A stretch of 48,860 nucleotides of DNA, taken from positions 1-48,860 of the forward strand of contig JAVKHQ010000021.1 of assembly GCA_031459875.1 (NCBI GenBank), written 5' to 3'. Each line of letters begins with the position of its first letter. The first letter of the stretch is position 1. This document shows, piece by piece, positions 37,005 through 47,101 of this stretch. Made by a program: the position numbers and the translations under genes. The notes below the pieces were generated by a model. The model worked only from the letters and a program-made list of their open reading frames with translations, had not been told where the DNA came from and did no database searches. This stretch comes from Candidatus Fervidifonticultor sextus. Its GTDB lineage: Bacteria; Sysuimicrobiota; Sysuimicrobiia; Sysuimicrobiales; Humicultoraceae.

Positions 37005-37646
37005 ATGCTGGATGCCGCCTACCGCTACGCACTGGACAACCAGGCCTTCTTCTGGCAGGCCGTGGGGATTCACGTGCGTCTCTCGGTCCTGGCCCTGGGC
37101 ATCGCCGGGGTGCTGTCGGTCCCCCTCGGCGTCTACGTGGCACGCCGGCGTCTGCTGGCCCCGCAGGTGCTGGGGCTCTTCAGCGGGCTGCGGGTCGTCC
37201 CGAGCCTGGCGATTCTGTTCCTGGCCGTCCCCTACCTGGGGCTGGGATTTTTCCCCGCGCTGGTGGCGTTGATCATCCTGGCCTGCCCGCCCATCCTCAT
37301 CAACACCGAGGCGGGGTTCCGCAGCGTGGACCCGGCGGTGATCGAGGCCGCCCGGGGGATGGGGATGGACGCGCGAGCGGTCCTGTGGCGGGTCGAGGTG
37401 CCGCTGGCGGCCCCGGTGGTCGTGGCCGGGGTGCGCACGGCCGCCGTTGACGTCTTTGCCAGCGCGACGCTGGCCGCGTTCATCGGCGGGGGCGGGCTGG
37501 GTGACTTCATCGCCAGGGGGTTCGCGCTGTTCGAGCCCTCGGTGATGCTCGTGGGCGCCATCCCTGTGGCCCTGTTGACCCTGGGCGCCGAGGCGGTGCT
37601 GGCGGGCGCCCAGCGGGTGTTCGAGAATCTCGTCCGTGCCGCCTAG
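37005..37646 (+). CDS. Osmoprotectant (OpuC/OsmF-like) ABC permease
   Basis: PSLA, EAARGMGM, ATLAAFIGGGGLG motifs. Confidence 0.9.
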   Translation: MLDAAYRYALDNQAFFWQAVGIHVRLSVLALGIAGVLSVPLGVYVARRRLLAPQVLGLFSGLRVVPSLAILFLAVPYLGLGFFPALVALIILACPPILINTEAGFRSVDPAVIEAARGMGMDARAVLWRVEVPLAAPVVVAGVRTAAVDVFASATLAAFIGGGGLGDFIARGFALFEPSVMLVGAIPVALLTLGAEAVLAGAQRVFENLVRAA

Positions 37647-37665
37647 GCATGGGAGGGGGTAAACG

Positions 37666-38574
37666 ATGAGGTCTCCGTTCCGCGCAGTGGTGTCGCTGCT
37701 CGCCGTCGCGGCGCTGGCCGCTGGGTGTGCGCCCAGGACGGCTCCGCAGGTCACCCTGAAAGTGGGCTCCAAGGATTTCACCGAGGAGTTCATCCTCGGC
37801 GAGATGTACGCGCTGCTGCTGGAGGACGCCGGCTTTGCGGTCGAGCGCAAGTTCAACCTGGGTGGGACGCCGGTGGCCCACGAAGCCCTGCTGAAGGGCG
37901 AGATCGACCTCTACCCGGAGTACACCAGCACCGGGCTGCTGACCGTGCTCAAGCAGCCTGCGATTCAGGATCCCAAAGCGGTGCTGGAGGCCGTCCGCAA
38001 AGGATACAAGGAGAAGTTCAACCTCGAGTGGCTTGAGCCTGCCGCGTTCAACAACACGCAGGCCCTGGCCACGACGAAGGAGGTTTCGGAGCGGTACGGC
38101 ATCAGGACGTTCTCCGAACTGTCGGCGAAGGCGCCCCAGCTGCGCCTGGGGGGGCCGGCGGAGTTCGCCGAGCGGGAGGACGGCATCAAGGGGCTGCAGC
38201 GGGCCTATGGGGGGTTCCAGTTCAAGGAGTTCAGGCAACTGGGGACCGGCAGCCTGCGCTACGAGGCGCTGCGCACCGGCCAGGTGGACGTCATCGTGGC
38301 GTTTTCCACCGACGGTCAGATCGGCGGCCTGGGGCTCGTCCTCCTCAAGGACGACCGGAACTTCTACCCTGCCTATCAGGCGGCGCCGGTCGTCCGCGCC
38401 GACGTGCTGGCCAGGAATCCCAAGATCGCCGAGGCGCTCAACAGGCTGGCCGCGCTGCTGACCGAGGACGTGATGGCCGGCCTCAACTGGCAGGTGGACG
38501 GCCCTGAGAAGAAGGAGTTCGCGGCCGTGGCCAGGGGGTTCTTGCAGGAGAAGGGGCTGATCAAGCGGCGGTGA
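37666..38574 (+). CDS. Glycine betaine/choline ABC substrate-binding lipoprotein
   Basis: LAAGC lipobox; GSKDFTEE, YPEYT, FNNT, EREDG and STDG motifs. Confidence 0.92.
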   Translation: MRSPFRAVVSLLAVAALAAGCAPRTAPQVTLKVGSKDFTEEFILGEMYALLLEDAGFAVERKFNLGGTPVAHEALLKGEIDLYPEYTSTGLLTVLKQPAIQDPKAVLEAVRKGYKEKFNLEWLEPAAFNNTQALATTKEVSERYGIRTFSELSAKAPQLRLGGPAEFAEREDGIKGLQRAYGGFQFKEFRQLGTGSLRYEALRTGQVDVIVAFSTDGQIGGLGLVLLKDDRNFYPAYQAAPVVRADVLARNPKIAEALNRLAALLTEDVMAGLNWQVDGPEKKEFAAVARGFLQEKGLIKRR

Positions 38575-39563
38575 GCGTCATCGAGGTCGAGGGCGTCAGC
38601 AAGCGCTTTCCGGGCTCGGCCCGGCCGGCGGTGGACGATTGCAGCCTGCGCGTGGCCAGCGGCGAGCTGACCGTGCTGCTGGGGCCCTCCGGATCGGGCA
38701 AGACCACCCTGCTGAAGCTTGTCAACCGGCTTTACGAGCCAGATAGCGGCCGGATCCTCATCGACGGGGTCGACGTGCGCACTCTGCGGGCGTCAGACCT
38801 CCGGCGGGGGATCGGCTACGTGATCCAGCAGGTCGGGCTCTTTCCCCACCTGCGCGTTGAGCAGAACATCGCCACGGTGCCGCAGTTGCTGGGCTGGCCG
38901 CGGGAGCGCATCGAGGCCCGCATTGACGACCTTTTGGACCTGGTGGGCCTGCCGCGCGACTACCGCCGGCGCTACCCCCGGCAGCTCTCGGGGGGCGAGC
39001 AGCAGCGGGTGGGGCTTGCGCGGGCGCTGGCCGCCGACCCGAAGATCATGCTGATGGATGAGCCCTTCGGCGCGCTGGACGCGATCACCCGCGCTCGCCT
39101 GCAGGACGAATTCCGGGTCATCCAACAGCGGCTCCACAAGACGATCCTCTTCGTGACCCACGATGTGGATGAAGCGCTGCGCCTGGCCGACCGGATTGCC
39201 ATCATGCGCCAGGGCCGCATCGTGCAGTTCGACACCCCGCTGGCCATCATCAGCCGCCCGCGGGACCAGTTCGTCCGGCAGTTGCTGACCAGCGACGACG
39301 TGCTGCGCCACCTCAGCCTGATTCCGGTCCGGGCCGCCCTCGGGGCGCCAGACCGGCCGCCGGCCCACCCTGGGGCCGGCAGCCGTAGCGGCAGCGCCTC
39401 CGTGCGGGCTGCAGACTCGCTGCGCACCGCGCTTTCGCTGCTGTTGCAGAGCGGTGAGGCAGCGCTCACCGTGGTCGGCGACGGCGGGGTGCCGGTCGGC
39501 CGGCTCACCTTCGAGGACATCCGCGGGGCGGTCCTGGCCGGCCGCGCGGAGGCGTCGTGCTGA
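38571..39563 (+). CDS. Osmoprotectant ABC ATPase with degenerate CBS tail
   Basis: GPSGSGKTT, GYVIQQ, LSGGEQQR, MDEPFGALD and VTHD motifs. Confidence 0.93.
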   Translation: MSVIEVEGVSKRFPGSARPAVDDCSLRVASGELTVLLGPSGSGKTTLLKLVNRLYEPDSGRILIDGVDVRTLRASDLRRGIGYVIQQVGLFPHLRVEQNIATVPQLLGWPRERIEARIDDLLDLVGLPRDYRRRYPRQLSGGEQQRVGLARALAADPKIMLMDEPFGALDAITRARLQDEFRVIQQRLHKTILFVTHDVDEALRLADRIAIMRQGRIVQFDTPLAIISRPRDQFVRQLLTSDDVLRHLSLIPVRAALGAPDRPPAHPGAGSRSGSASVRAADSLRTALSLLLQSGEAALTVVGDGGVPVGRLTFEDIRGAVLAGRAEASC

Positions 39564-40195
39564 TGCGCTACCTGCTGGAGAACCCCGCCCTCGTCCTGCG
39601 CCTGCTCGGCCAGCACCTGTGGTTGACCGTCGTCTCCCTGGCGCTGGCCCTGCTGGTCGCCCTGCCGCTGGGCGTGCTGGCGGCGCGGTCGGCCCGGGTG
39701 CGCGGCCTGCTTTTGGGGGTACTCGGGGTCGTCTACTCCATCCCCAGCCTGGCGCTGTTTGTGCTCCTGATGCCGCTGCTGGGCCTGGGGCGCCTCCCGG
39801 CGGTGACGGCGCTGGTCGCCTACGCGCAGGTCATCCTGGTCCGCAACGTCACCGTGGGGCTGCTGGGTGTAGACCCCGCGGTGATCGAGGCCGCCCGCGG
39901 GATGGGTATGACGCGGTGGCAGCGCTTCTGGCGCGTGGAGTTCCTCCTGGCGCTGCCGGTCATCCTGGCCGGGGTGCGCGTCGCGGTGTTGGCCATTATC
40001 GGGATCGGCACGATTGCGGCGTTCATCAATGCCGGCGGACTCGGCGTGCTGCTGTTTGCGGGCGTGGCCCAGAGCCATCCCGACAAGATCGTTGCCGGCG
40101 CGCTGACGGCCTCCGGGCTGGCGTTGGGTGCCGGTGCCCTGGTGCGCGGGGTGGAGGGCCGGATGCTCCGGGCGGTGCAGGGGGGCGGGCGCTAG
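39563..40195 (+). CDS. Osmoprotectant ABC permease
   Basis: TGATG coupling; IPSLAL, EAARGMGM and AGGLG motifs. Confidence 0.9.
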   Translation: MRYLLENPALVLRLLGQHLWLTVVSLALALLVALPLGVLAARSARVRGLLLGVLGVVYSIPSLALFVLLMPLLGLGRLPAVTALVAYAQVILVRNVTVGLLGVDPAVIEAARGMGMTRWQRFWRVEFLLALPVILAGVRVAVLAIIGIGTIAAFINAGGLGVLLFAGVAQSHPDKIVAGALTASGLALGAGALVRGVEGRMLRAVQGGGR

Positions 40196-41658
40196 AAGGC
40201 GATGAAGACGTTCTTGACCTCCGTATACAGGTCGAGGGCGTGCATCCCCAGCTCGCGGCCGAACCCGCTCATCTTGACGCCGCCGAACGGCGCCTCCTGG
40301 TGGACGCTGTGGTTGCTGTTGATGCTGAGCACCCCGCTGCGGATAGCCCGCGCCATGCGCAGCGCGCGCCCCAGGTCCCGGGTCCACACCGACCCCGAGA
40401 GCCCATAGGGCGAGTCGTTAACCATGCGGATCGCGTCGGCTTCATCATCGAAGGGAATGAGACAGGCCACCGGCCCGAAGATCTCCTCCTGCGCCACCCG
40501 CATCTCGTTGCGCACGCCTGCCAGCACCGTGGGCAGCAGGAAGGCGCCGGCCGCCAGATGGGGGTCATCTGGCGGCGTGCCTCCACAGACGACTTCCGCC
40601 CCTTCGTCCCGGCCCACGGCGACATAGCGCAGGACGTGGTCCCGCTGGCCCATCGAGACCACCGGCCCCATCTCCGTGGCCGGGTCCATCGGGTCGCCGA
40701 CGCGCAGCCGTCTGGCCGCCTCGATAAAGAGGCCGGCGAACCTTTCGTAGACCGGCCGCTGGATGAAGACCCGGCTGCGCGCGCAGCAGTCCTGTCCCGC
40801 GTTGCCGTAGACGGCGGCCGCCCCGCCGGCGGCCGCCTGTTCCAGGTCGGCGTCGGCGAAGATCACGTTGGGGGACTTGCCGCCCAGCTCCAGCGACACC
40901 CGCGTCATCCGGTCGGCGGCCAGCTTCATGATCTGGATGCCGGTGGTGGTCTCGCCCGTGAGCGACATCTTCCCGACAGCCGGATGGGTCACGATCGCCG
41001 CGCCCACCTGGGCGCCCGGCCCCGTAACGACGTTGAGCACGCCCGGCGGCACTCCGACCTCCAGCGCCAGCGCGCCGAGGTGCAGCGCGGTGAGCGGCGT
41101 GTACGAGGCCGGTTTGAGGATGACGGTGTTGCCGGCGGCCAGCGCCGGCGCCACCTTCCAGGACGTGATGAGGAAGGGGAAGTTCCAGGGCACGATGAGA
41201 CCTACGACCCCGATCGGCTCGCGCAGCGTGAAGTCGAGCCCCCGGTCAGCCACCGGGATGGTCTCGCCGAAATACTTGTTGGCGGCGCCGGCGTAGTACT
41301 CGAAACACCCGGCGGCCGCCTCGATCTCCCCGCGCGCGTCGGTGATGGTCTTGCCCCCGGAGCGGACTTCCAGGGTCGCCAGTTCCTCTGCGTGCTCGCG
41401 GATCCGATTCGCCAGGCGCAGGAGCAGCCGGCCCCGCTCGGTGGCGCTCATCGCCGACCAGGGACCTTCCTCGAAGGCGGCCCGGGCTGCCCGCGCGGCC
41501 CGGTCCACATCCTCCGGACCGCCCTTCGGCACGTCGGCCACCACCTCGCCGGTCGCGGGATTGACGACCTCGAAGGTCTCCCCGCTGGCGGCGGCGACCT
41601 CCTCGCCGCCGATGCGCATGAGCATGCGCGGGCGCTGCTGTGTCGGCTTCGAAATCAT
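40192..41658 (-). CDS. Aldehyde dehydrogenase (AldC/PuuC-like)
   Basis: PWNFP, LELGGKSP, NAGQDCCARSR, EEIFGPV and PFGGVKMSG motifs; GGAGG RBS. Confidence 0.95.
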   Translation of the reverse strand: MISKPTQQRPRMLMRIGGEEVAAASGETFEVVNPATGEVVADVPKGGPEDVDRAARAARAAFEEGPWSAMSATERGRLLLRLANRIREHAEELATLEVRSGGKTITDARGEIEAAAGCFEYYAGAANKYFGETIPVADRGLDFTLREPIGVVGLIVPWNFPFLITSWKVAPALAAGNTVILKPASYTPLTALHLGALALEVGVPPGVLNVVTGPGAQVGAAIVTHPAVGKMSLTGETTTGIQIMKLAADRMTRVSLELGGKSPNVIFADADLEQAAAGGAAAVYGNAGQDCCARSRVFIQRPVYERFAGLFIEAARRLRVGDPMDPATEMGPVVSMGQRDHVLRYVAVGRDEGAEVVCGGTPPDDPHLAAGAFLLPTVLAGVRNEMRVAQEEIFGPVACLIPFDDEADAIRMVNDSPYGLSGSVWTRDLGRALRMARAIRSGVLSINSNHSVHQEAPFGGVKMSGFGRELGMHALDLYTEVKNVFIAF

Positions 41659-41759
41659 GGGTCCCCCTCCAGTGTGCCCGACCACAGGATTTCCCTGCCA
41701 TGCGCCGAACACCCTCTGCCAGTTACGCGCCCTTCGGACGCAGGGCCGTGGAGGAAGCG

Positions 41760-42623
41760 ATGCCGCTCCGTTTCTGTGTCATCAATGGCTACCCGGAGCC
41801 CAACCGCCAGGTGCTGCTCCAGGCCGGCCACTGCAGCGCCGACGAGATGTACCTCCGGGTGTTCAGGACACTGCGGCCAGAGGCCCGCCTGGACGTGCTC
41901 TTCCTGGCCGACCTGGACGTGCCGGTGCCCGACGACCGGTGGATTGAGGGCTACGATGCCTTCCTGTGGACGGGTTCCAACCTGACCATCTACGAGGACG
42001 ACCCCCGCGTGACCCGTCAGATCGAGTTCTGCCGGCGGATCTTCGAGGTCGGCCGGCCGCAGTGGGGGAGCTGCTGGGGCGTGCAGATGGCCGCGGTGGC
42101 GGCCGGCGGGGAGGTGCACAAGAACCCCCGCGGACGCGAGATGGCCTTTGCCCGCCGGATCCGCCTGACCCCCGAAGGGCGCGCCCACCCCATGTACGAC
42201 GGGAAGCCCGATGTCTTCGACGGGTTCATCTCCCACCTGGACGAGGTCACGCGCATCCCCTCAGGCGGCACCCTGCTGGCCACCAACGACCACACCCGGG
42301 TCCAGGCCCTGGAGGTCCGGTACCGGAACGGCGTCTTCTGGGCCACGCAGTACCATCCCGAGTACGACCTGTACCAGATGACGCGCCTGATCGTGGCCCG
42401 GGGAGAGGCCCTGATCAAGGAGGGCTTTTTCGCCGACCGGGCCGCGCTGGAGCACCGGGTCGCCCGGATGGAGGCGCTGGCGGCTGATCCGTCGCGCAAG
42501 GACCTGCGCTGGGACCTGGCCATCGGCGACGACCTGCTGGACGAGCGGTTGCGCTGGGTGGAACTGCGGAACTGGTTGGAGAAGGTCGTCATCCCCTCCG
42601 CGCGGCACACCGAGCGCGTCTAG
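41760..42623 (+). CDS. Class I glutamine amidotransferase-like protein
   Basis: WTGS, GSCWG (nucleophile Cys), SHLDEV and QYHPE motifs. Confidence 0.88.
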   Translation: MPLRFCVINGYPEPNRQVLLQAGHCSADEMYLRVFRTLRPEARLDVLFLADLDVPVPDDRWIEGYDAFLWTGSNLTIYEDDPRVTRQIEFCRRIFEVGRPQWGSCWGVQMAAVAAGGEVHKNPRGREMAFARRIRLTPEGRAHPMYDGKPDVFDGFISHLDEVTRIPSGGTLLATNDHTRVQALEVRYRNGVFWATQYHPEYDLYQMTRLIVARGEALIKEGFFADRAALEHRVARMEALAADPSRKDLRWDLAIGDDLLDERLRWVELRNWLEKVVIPSARHTERV

Positions 42624-42640
42624 CGAGGCTGGAGGTTTCG

Positions 42641-43540
42641 CTACCCGACGAACGCTGGCTGCGTCCACGCCACGCCGCCGTTGGACGAGAAGACCTTGGC
42701 CCGGACGTAGCCTTCATCGCCCCGCAGCCGGTAGACTGCCTCCTCACCGTGCACGACCGCCAGCGTCCTCCCGCCAGAGCCGATGAAGTGCGTCGTATAG
42801 CGGAAGTCCCGTTCCGCGGCGACTTGCAGGGCGATCGCGTCGTCCGTGGTGTGGACCGCTTCCAGGGTCACCTCAGTCGAGGCGTAGAAGTCACCGCGCT
42901 CCATCGCCTCCAGGACGGCGCCCGCCGACCGTTCGGCCGCCCGCACCACGACCCAGGCCCGTCCAGGTGGAGACCGATGGCCCCACCACTCGCCGCGGAA
43001 GTGGTGCGCGTCGTCGCTGGCGACCGCCCAGACCCGCCGCCCGGCGGTCAGGAGTCGGTCCCAGATCTCCTCGACGCCCGGCCAGCCGCCCCCGCCGAAG
43101 TTGTTGCACTCGGCGCTGGCGTTGAAGACCTCCAGCAGGTGGTAGTTCTCCACGGAGGACAACTGGAGATCGGTGAACGCCCAGCGGTAGTTCGGGTGGT
43201 TGACCTGGGGGACGCCACCGGCGGCGCGGACGGCATCGACCTCGCGCTGCAGCAGGGCGGCGATCGTGTCAGCCTGCGGGCGGTCGGGGAGGACGGCGCT
43301 GCCCAGCGAGTTCACGTGGACGGGTTTGCCCTCGCCGAAGGCGCTGACCTCGCAGCCAGGGATCAGCAGCAGGGTGTCCCCGACGCGGTTCCACCCGCCG
43401 ACGTCGGTCACGCCGTTGTGATCGGTGATCACCAGGAAGTCGTAGCCGTGCGACGCGTACCATCCCGCCACCGCATCCAGCGGCGCATCGCCGTCGGAGC
43501 GGTCGGTGTGGGTGTGCGTGTTACCCTTCAACCACGGCAT
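42641..43540 (-). CDS. PHP-domain (CehA/McbA-like) metallohydrolase
   Basis: GNTHTHT, SDG, ITDHN, NHP, EVFN and SDDAH motifs. Confidence 0.88.
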   Translation of the reverse strand: MPWLKGNTHTHTDRSDGDAPLDAVAGWYASHGYDFLVITDHNGVTDVGGWNRVGDTLLLIPGCEVSAFGEGKPVHVNSLGSAVLPDRPQADTIAALLQREVDAVRAAGGVPQVNHPNYRWAFTDLQLSSVENYHLLEVFNASAECNNFGGGGWPGVEEIWDRLLTAGRRVWAVASDDAHHFRGEWWGHRSPPGRAWVVVRAAERSAGAVLEAMERGDFYASTEVTLEAVHTTDDAIALQVAAERDFRYTTHFIGSGGRTLAVVHGEEAVYRLRGDEGYVRAKVFSSNGGVAWTQPAFVG

Positions 43541-44786
43541 CGGGTCCCTCCCTCCTGGCACCGCGCCACGGTCTCAGCGCGGCGATGCCGGCCAGCGGGC
43601 CGAGAGCCAGCAGGCCGAACGCCGAGCCCCACTGCCCCGCAGGGCTGAGGCCCAGCGCGCCGCCGAGATCCAGCACCAGGCCGAAGGCCGCCGGCGATGC
43701 CGCGGTGGCCGCCCAGCCGAAGAGCATCTGGATCGCAAAGGCCCCGCCCAGGGAGCGGCCGGGCACGACCTCCATCAGCGTGGCGGTGTACGAGGGGGAG
43801 TCCGCCAGGCTGACGGTGCCGTAGACGAGGGCGACGACGGCCACCAATGCGGTCGGGGCGCCGGCCAGCCATCCGAAGCCCAGCGAACAGAGCAGGCTCG
43901 CGGCCAGCATCGCCGTGGCTGCACGGGCGCGGCCCAGGCGATCGGAGAGCCGGCCTCCGGCCACCGCGCCGGCGGCGCCGCCCAGGCCCACGGCTCCCGC
44001 AGCCAGCAGACCGCCCCAGGCCAGCGCCTCGCCCTGGCCGCCACCGCGCCCCGCCAGCGAGGCCACCAGGAACGGCGCCAGCCATCCCCACAGGCCGAAC
44101 AACTCCCAGTTGTGCCCGGTGTATGCCACAATGACGCGGCGCGCCGAGGCGTTCTTGAAGACATCCCCGACGTACTGCGAGAGGACCGACGGCGCCGCCG
44201 CCGCCGCGGCGACGCTCGGGACCTTCCAGGCCATGACCAGGGCGCCCAGCAGTTCCAGAGCCCCAATCCCGGCCATCGTTGCGCGCCAGCCGATCCGAGG
44301 CGCCAGCGCGCCCACGTAGAACAGGGGGAGGGCGTAGGCTGCAACGATGGTGGCGATGTAGAGGCCGGTGGCTGTCCCCCGCCGGGCGACGGGAACGGTA
44401 TCGGCGATCTGTTTGAGCGCCGGGAGGTAGAGGCCGCCGATGCACACGCCCACCGTGAGGCGCAGGGCCAGCCCGGAGGAGAAGTCGCGGGCCCCCAGCG
44501 CGAATGCCAGGTCGCCGAGTCCCACCAGCGCGGCGGACCAGGCCATGATGGGCTTGCTCCGCACGCGGTCCAGCAGGAAGCCGACCAGCACGTACGCGAC
44601 CAGGGTCCCCAATTGGAAGACCCCCAGGATGACGCCGGACTGGCCGGCGCTCAGCCGCCACTCGGGCCCCAGGATCGGGATGAGCACGGAGAACGTCAGC
44701 CCCGTCTGGTGGCCCAGGAACTGTCCCAGGCACAGGGCCGCGAACCCCACGGTCCAGCCGCCTGCCTCCCGCGTCGGGTCAGCCAT
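43521..44786 (-). CDS. MFS transporter
   Basis: About 12 TM; GHNWELF, GRLSDRLGR and ADSP motifs. Confidence 0.9.
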   Translation of the reverse strand: MADPTREAGGWTVGFAALCLGQFLGHQTGLTFSVLIPILGPEWRLSAGQSGVILGVFQLGTLVAYVLVGFLLDRVRSKPIMAWSAALVGLGDLAFALGARDFSSGLALRLTVGVCIGGLYLPALKQIADTVPVARRGTATGLYIATIVAAYALPLFYVGALAPRIGWRATMAGIGALELLGALVMAWKVPSVAAAAAAPSVLSQYVGDVFKNASARRVIVAYTGHNWELFGLWGWLAPFLVASLAGRGGGQGEALAWGGLLAAGAVGLGGAAGAVAGGRLSDRLGRARAATAMLAASLLCSLGFGWLAGAPTALVAVVALVYGTVSLADSPSYTATLMEVVPGRSLGGAFAIQMLFGWAATAASPAAFGLVLDLGGALGLSPAGQWGSAFGLLALGPLAGIAALRPWRGARREGPDAVVEG

Positions 44787-45690
44787 CGCCCGCCAGACCC
44801 AACCACGCCGGCAGCCGGGGATCGCCGGCGGCCTCCCGGCAGCGGGCAAAATGCCCGGCGGCGCGCGCGACGAAATCCGGTGCGCCCGCAGGGAGGGTCA
44901 GCGCCACCACGTACCACAGCGCCTCGCGGAGTTCGGCGACGACCTTCAGCAGTTTCAGACGGGCGAACGCCGGCCCCGTCACCTCGCCGAAGTACGCCTG
45001 CAGCAGCGCCCTGTCGCCCGCCTCCGGGGCCGCGTGGTAGATGGCGAAGTTGGCCAGGTCGAAGAAGACGTCGCCCATGCCCGCATACTCCCAGTCCACG
45101 ATGCGGATCTGCCGACCGTCGTCGATCAGGTTGGGTCCCCAGAGGTCGTTGTGGCAGGGACGGGCGGGCGTCCGGTCCTCCCGCAGGGCGGATTCGATCT
45201 CGGCGACTTGGCCCGACAGCGCCTCGAGATCCGGAGGGAGTGGCGCACCGGTCCGGCGGGCGAGGCCCAGGTAGGCCTCGATGGTCCGGAATGGCGAAAA
45301 AGACCCCTCAAAGGGCGGGCCCGCGTGGTAGCGATGCATGGCCTCGGCGACCCGGGCGATGACCTCGGGGCTCGCCGTCTCTTCGGGGTCCAGGGTGCGG
45401 CCCGGGATGAACCGGGTGACCAGCACCCCTTCGTCGGGGAGGACGTGCACGACCTCCGGTGCGACGCCGGTCCGGCTCGCCGCCAGCATGCAGCAGACCT
45501 CCCGGTGGCGGTCGATCCCCAGCAGGTCGACGCCGCTGGCCCAGACGCGCACGACGAAGGCCTCGCCGTCCACGTCCACCCGATAGTTGACGTTGGTGAT
45601 GCCGCCGGGAAGCGGGGCGACGGTGATCGAGGAGGCCTGCCGCCACGAGGGGATCCTCCTGACGACCTCCTCCACTGGGATGCCGGTCAC
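44779..45690 (-). CDS. Choline/ethanolamine kinase-family phosphotransferase
   Basis: GGITNVNY, LGIDR, PCHNDLxxxN (Brenner motif) and IVDWEYAGMGD motifs. Confidence 0.9.
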   Translation of the reverse strand: MTGIPVEEVVRRIPSWRQASSITVAPLPGGITNVNYRVDVDGEAFVVRVWASGVDLLGIDRHREVCCMLAASRTGVAPEVVHVLPDEGVLVTRFIPGRTLDPEETASPEVIARVAEAMHRYHAGPPFEGSFSPFRTIEAYLGLARRTGAPLPPDLEALSGQVAEIESALREDRTPARPCHNDLWGPNLIDDGRQIRIVDWEYAGMGDVFFDLANFAIYHAAPEAGDRALLQAYFGEVTGPAFARLKLLKVVAELREALWYVVALTLPAGAPDFVARAAGHFARCREAAGDPRLPAWLGLAGDG

Positions 45691-45879
45691 GCTGCACACC
45701 CGCGCGGCACGTCCTCCGTGGCGGGACTTGCTTTCGGGTTCGACCCCTGCGGGGCTGCTCCTCCGGCGGAAGGGGCAGGAGGCACCCCACGGCGTGAGAG
45801 GAGTTGGCGCGTGCCCTCCTGAACTCTCCCCGCGGCAGGGTGCGGTGTGCAGATCCCACATGCAGAGGGGGAATGCCAG

Positions 45880-47073
45880 ATGGCTCGGCACGAAGATGAC
45901 CGGTTGCGGGCCATGGTGGAGGCGGCCCGTCTGTCCCGGAGGGCGTTCCTGAGGGTCGGGATCGGCGCGGCTGGCGCCGTCGCCGTGTCCTCCCTGCTGG
46001 CCGACGCGCGGCGGCTGCTGGTCTCGGGGGCGCCGATGAAGCCTCCGATGTCGGCCGGCGAGATGTCCATGAGCGACCTCATCGCCGCGGCCAAGAAGGA
46101 GGGCGAACTCAACGTCATCGCGCTCCCCCCCGACTGGGCCAACTACGGCGAGATCATGGCCACGTTCACCAAGAAGTACGGGATCAAGATCAACAGCGCC
46201 TCCCCAAACGCCAGTTCGGCAGAGGAACTGCAGGCCATCAGGTCCCTCAAGGGCCAGCGACGGGCGCCGGATGTGGTTGACGTCGGGCCGGCATTCGCGA
46301 TTCAGGGCGCCCAGGAGAAGCTGTTCACCCCCTACAAGGTCTCGACCTGGGCGACGATTCCCGACACCATGAAGGACCCCGGGGGGTTGTGGTATGGGGA
46401 CTACTTCGGGGTCATTGCCTTCGGCGCCAACCGGGATGTGGTGAAAACCATGCCGCAGAGTTGGGCCGACCTGAAGAAGCCGGAGTACAAGGGACAGGTC
46501 GCCCTCAACGGAGACCCGCGGCGCGCGGGGGCGGCCTTCGCCGGGGTCTGGGCGGCTGCCCTCGCCAACGGCGGCTCGCTCGATAACATCCAGCCGGGCA
46601 TCGAGTTCTTCGCCGAACTCAAGAAACTGGGGAACTTCATCCCGGTGGATGCGACGCCGGCCACGGTCCAGAGCGGGCAGACGCCGATCACCGTGGACTG
46701 GGACTACCTCCAGATCGGCTACAACAAAGAGTTCGCGGGGAAGATCAAGTGGGAGGTGGCGCTGCCCAGGGACGGGATCTTCGGCAACTACTACTGTCAG
46801 GCGATCAGCGCCTACGCACCGCACCCCTTCGCCGCGCGCCTCTGGCAGGAGTTCCTCTACTCCGACGAGGGGCAGATCCTCTTCCTGAAGGGGTTCGCGC
46901 ACCCGGCCCGGTTCAACGACCTGGTCGCGCGGGGGAAGGTGCCGCAGGACCTGCTGGCCAAACTGCCGCCGGCGGAGCCCTACAAGCAGGTGAAGTTCCC
47001 GACGGTGGCCCAGAACGACAGGGCCAAGAAGCTCATCGCCGAGCAGTGGGGGCCGAAGGTGGTCGGCAAGTAA
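45880..47073 (+). CDS. Tat-exported ABC substrate-binding protein (PotD/AfuA family)
   Basis: SRRAFL Tat motif; AAKKEG, WANYG, APDVVDVG and WDYL motifs. Confidence 0.9.
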   Translation: MARHEDDRLRAMVEAARLSRRAFLRVGIGAAGAVAVSSLLADARRLLVSGAPMKPPMSAGEMSMSDLIAAAKKEGELNVIALPPDWANYGEIMATFTKKYGIKINSASPNASSAEELQAIRSLKGQRRAPDVVDVGPAFAIQGAQEKLFTPYKVSTWATIPDTMKDPGGLWYGDYFGVIAFGANRDVVKTMPQSWADLKKPEYKGQVALNGDPRRAGAAFAGVWAAALANGGSLDNIQPGIEFFAELKKLGNFIPVDATPATVQSGQTPITVDWDYLQIGYNKEFAGKIKWEVALPRDGIFGNYYCQAISAYAPHPFAARLWQEFLYSDEGQILFLKGFAHPARFNDLVARGKVPQDLLAKLPPAEPYKQVKFPTVAQNDRAKKLIAEQWGPKVVGK

Positions 47074-47101
47074 CCTGCCTCTGGCCCGCAGGTGGTCGGC
47101 C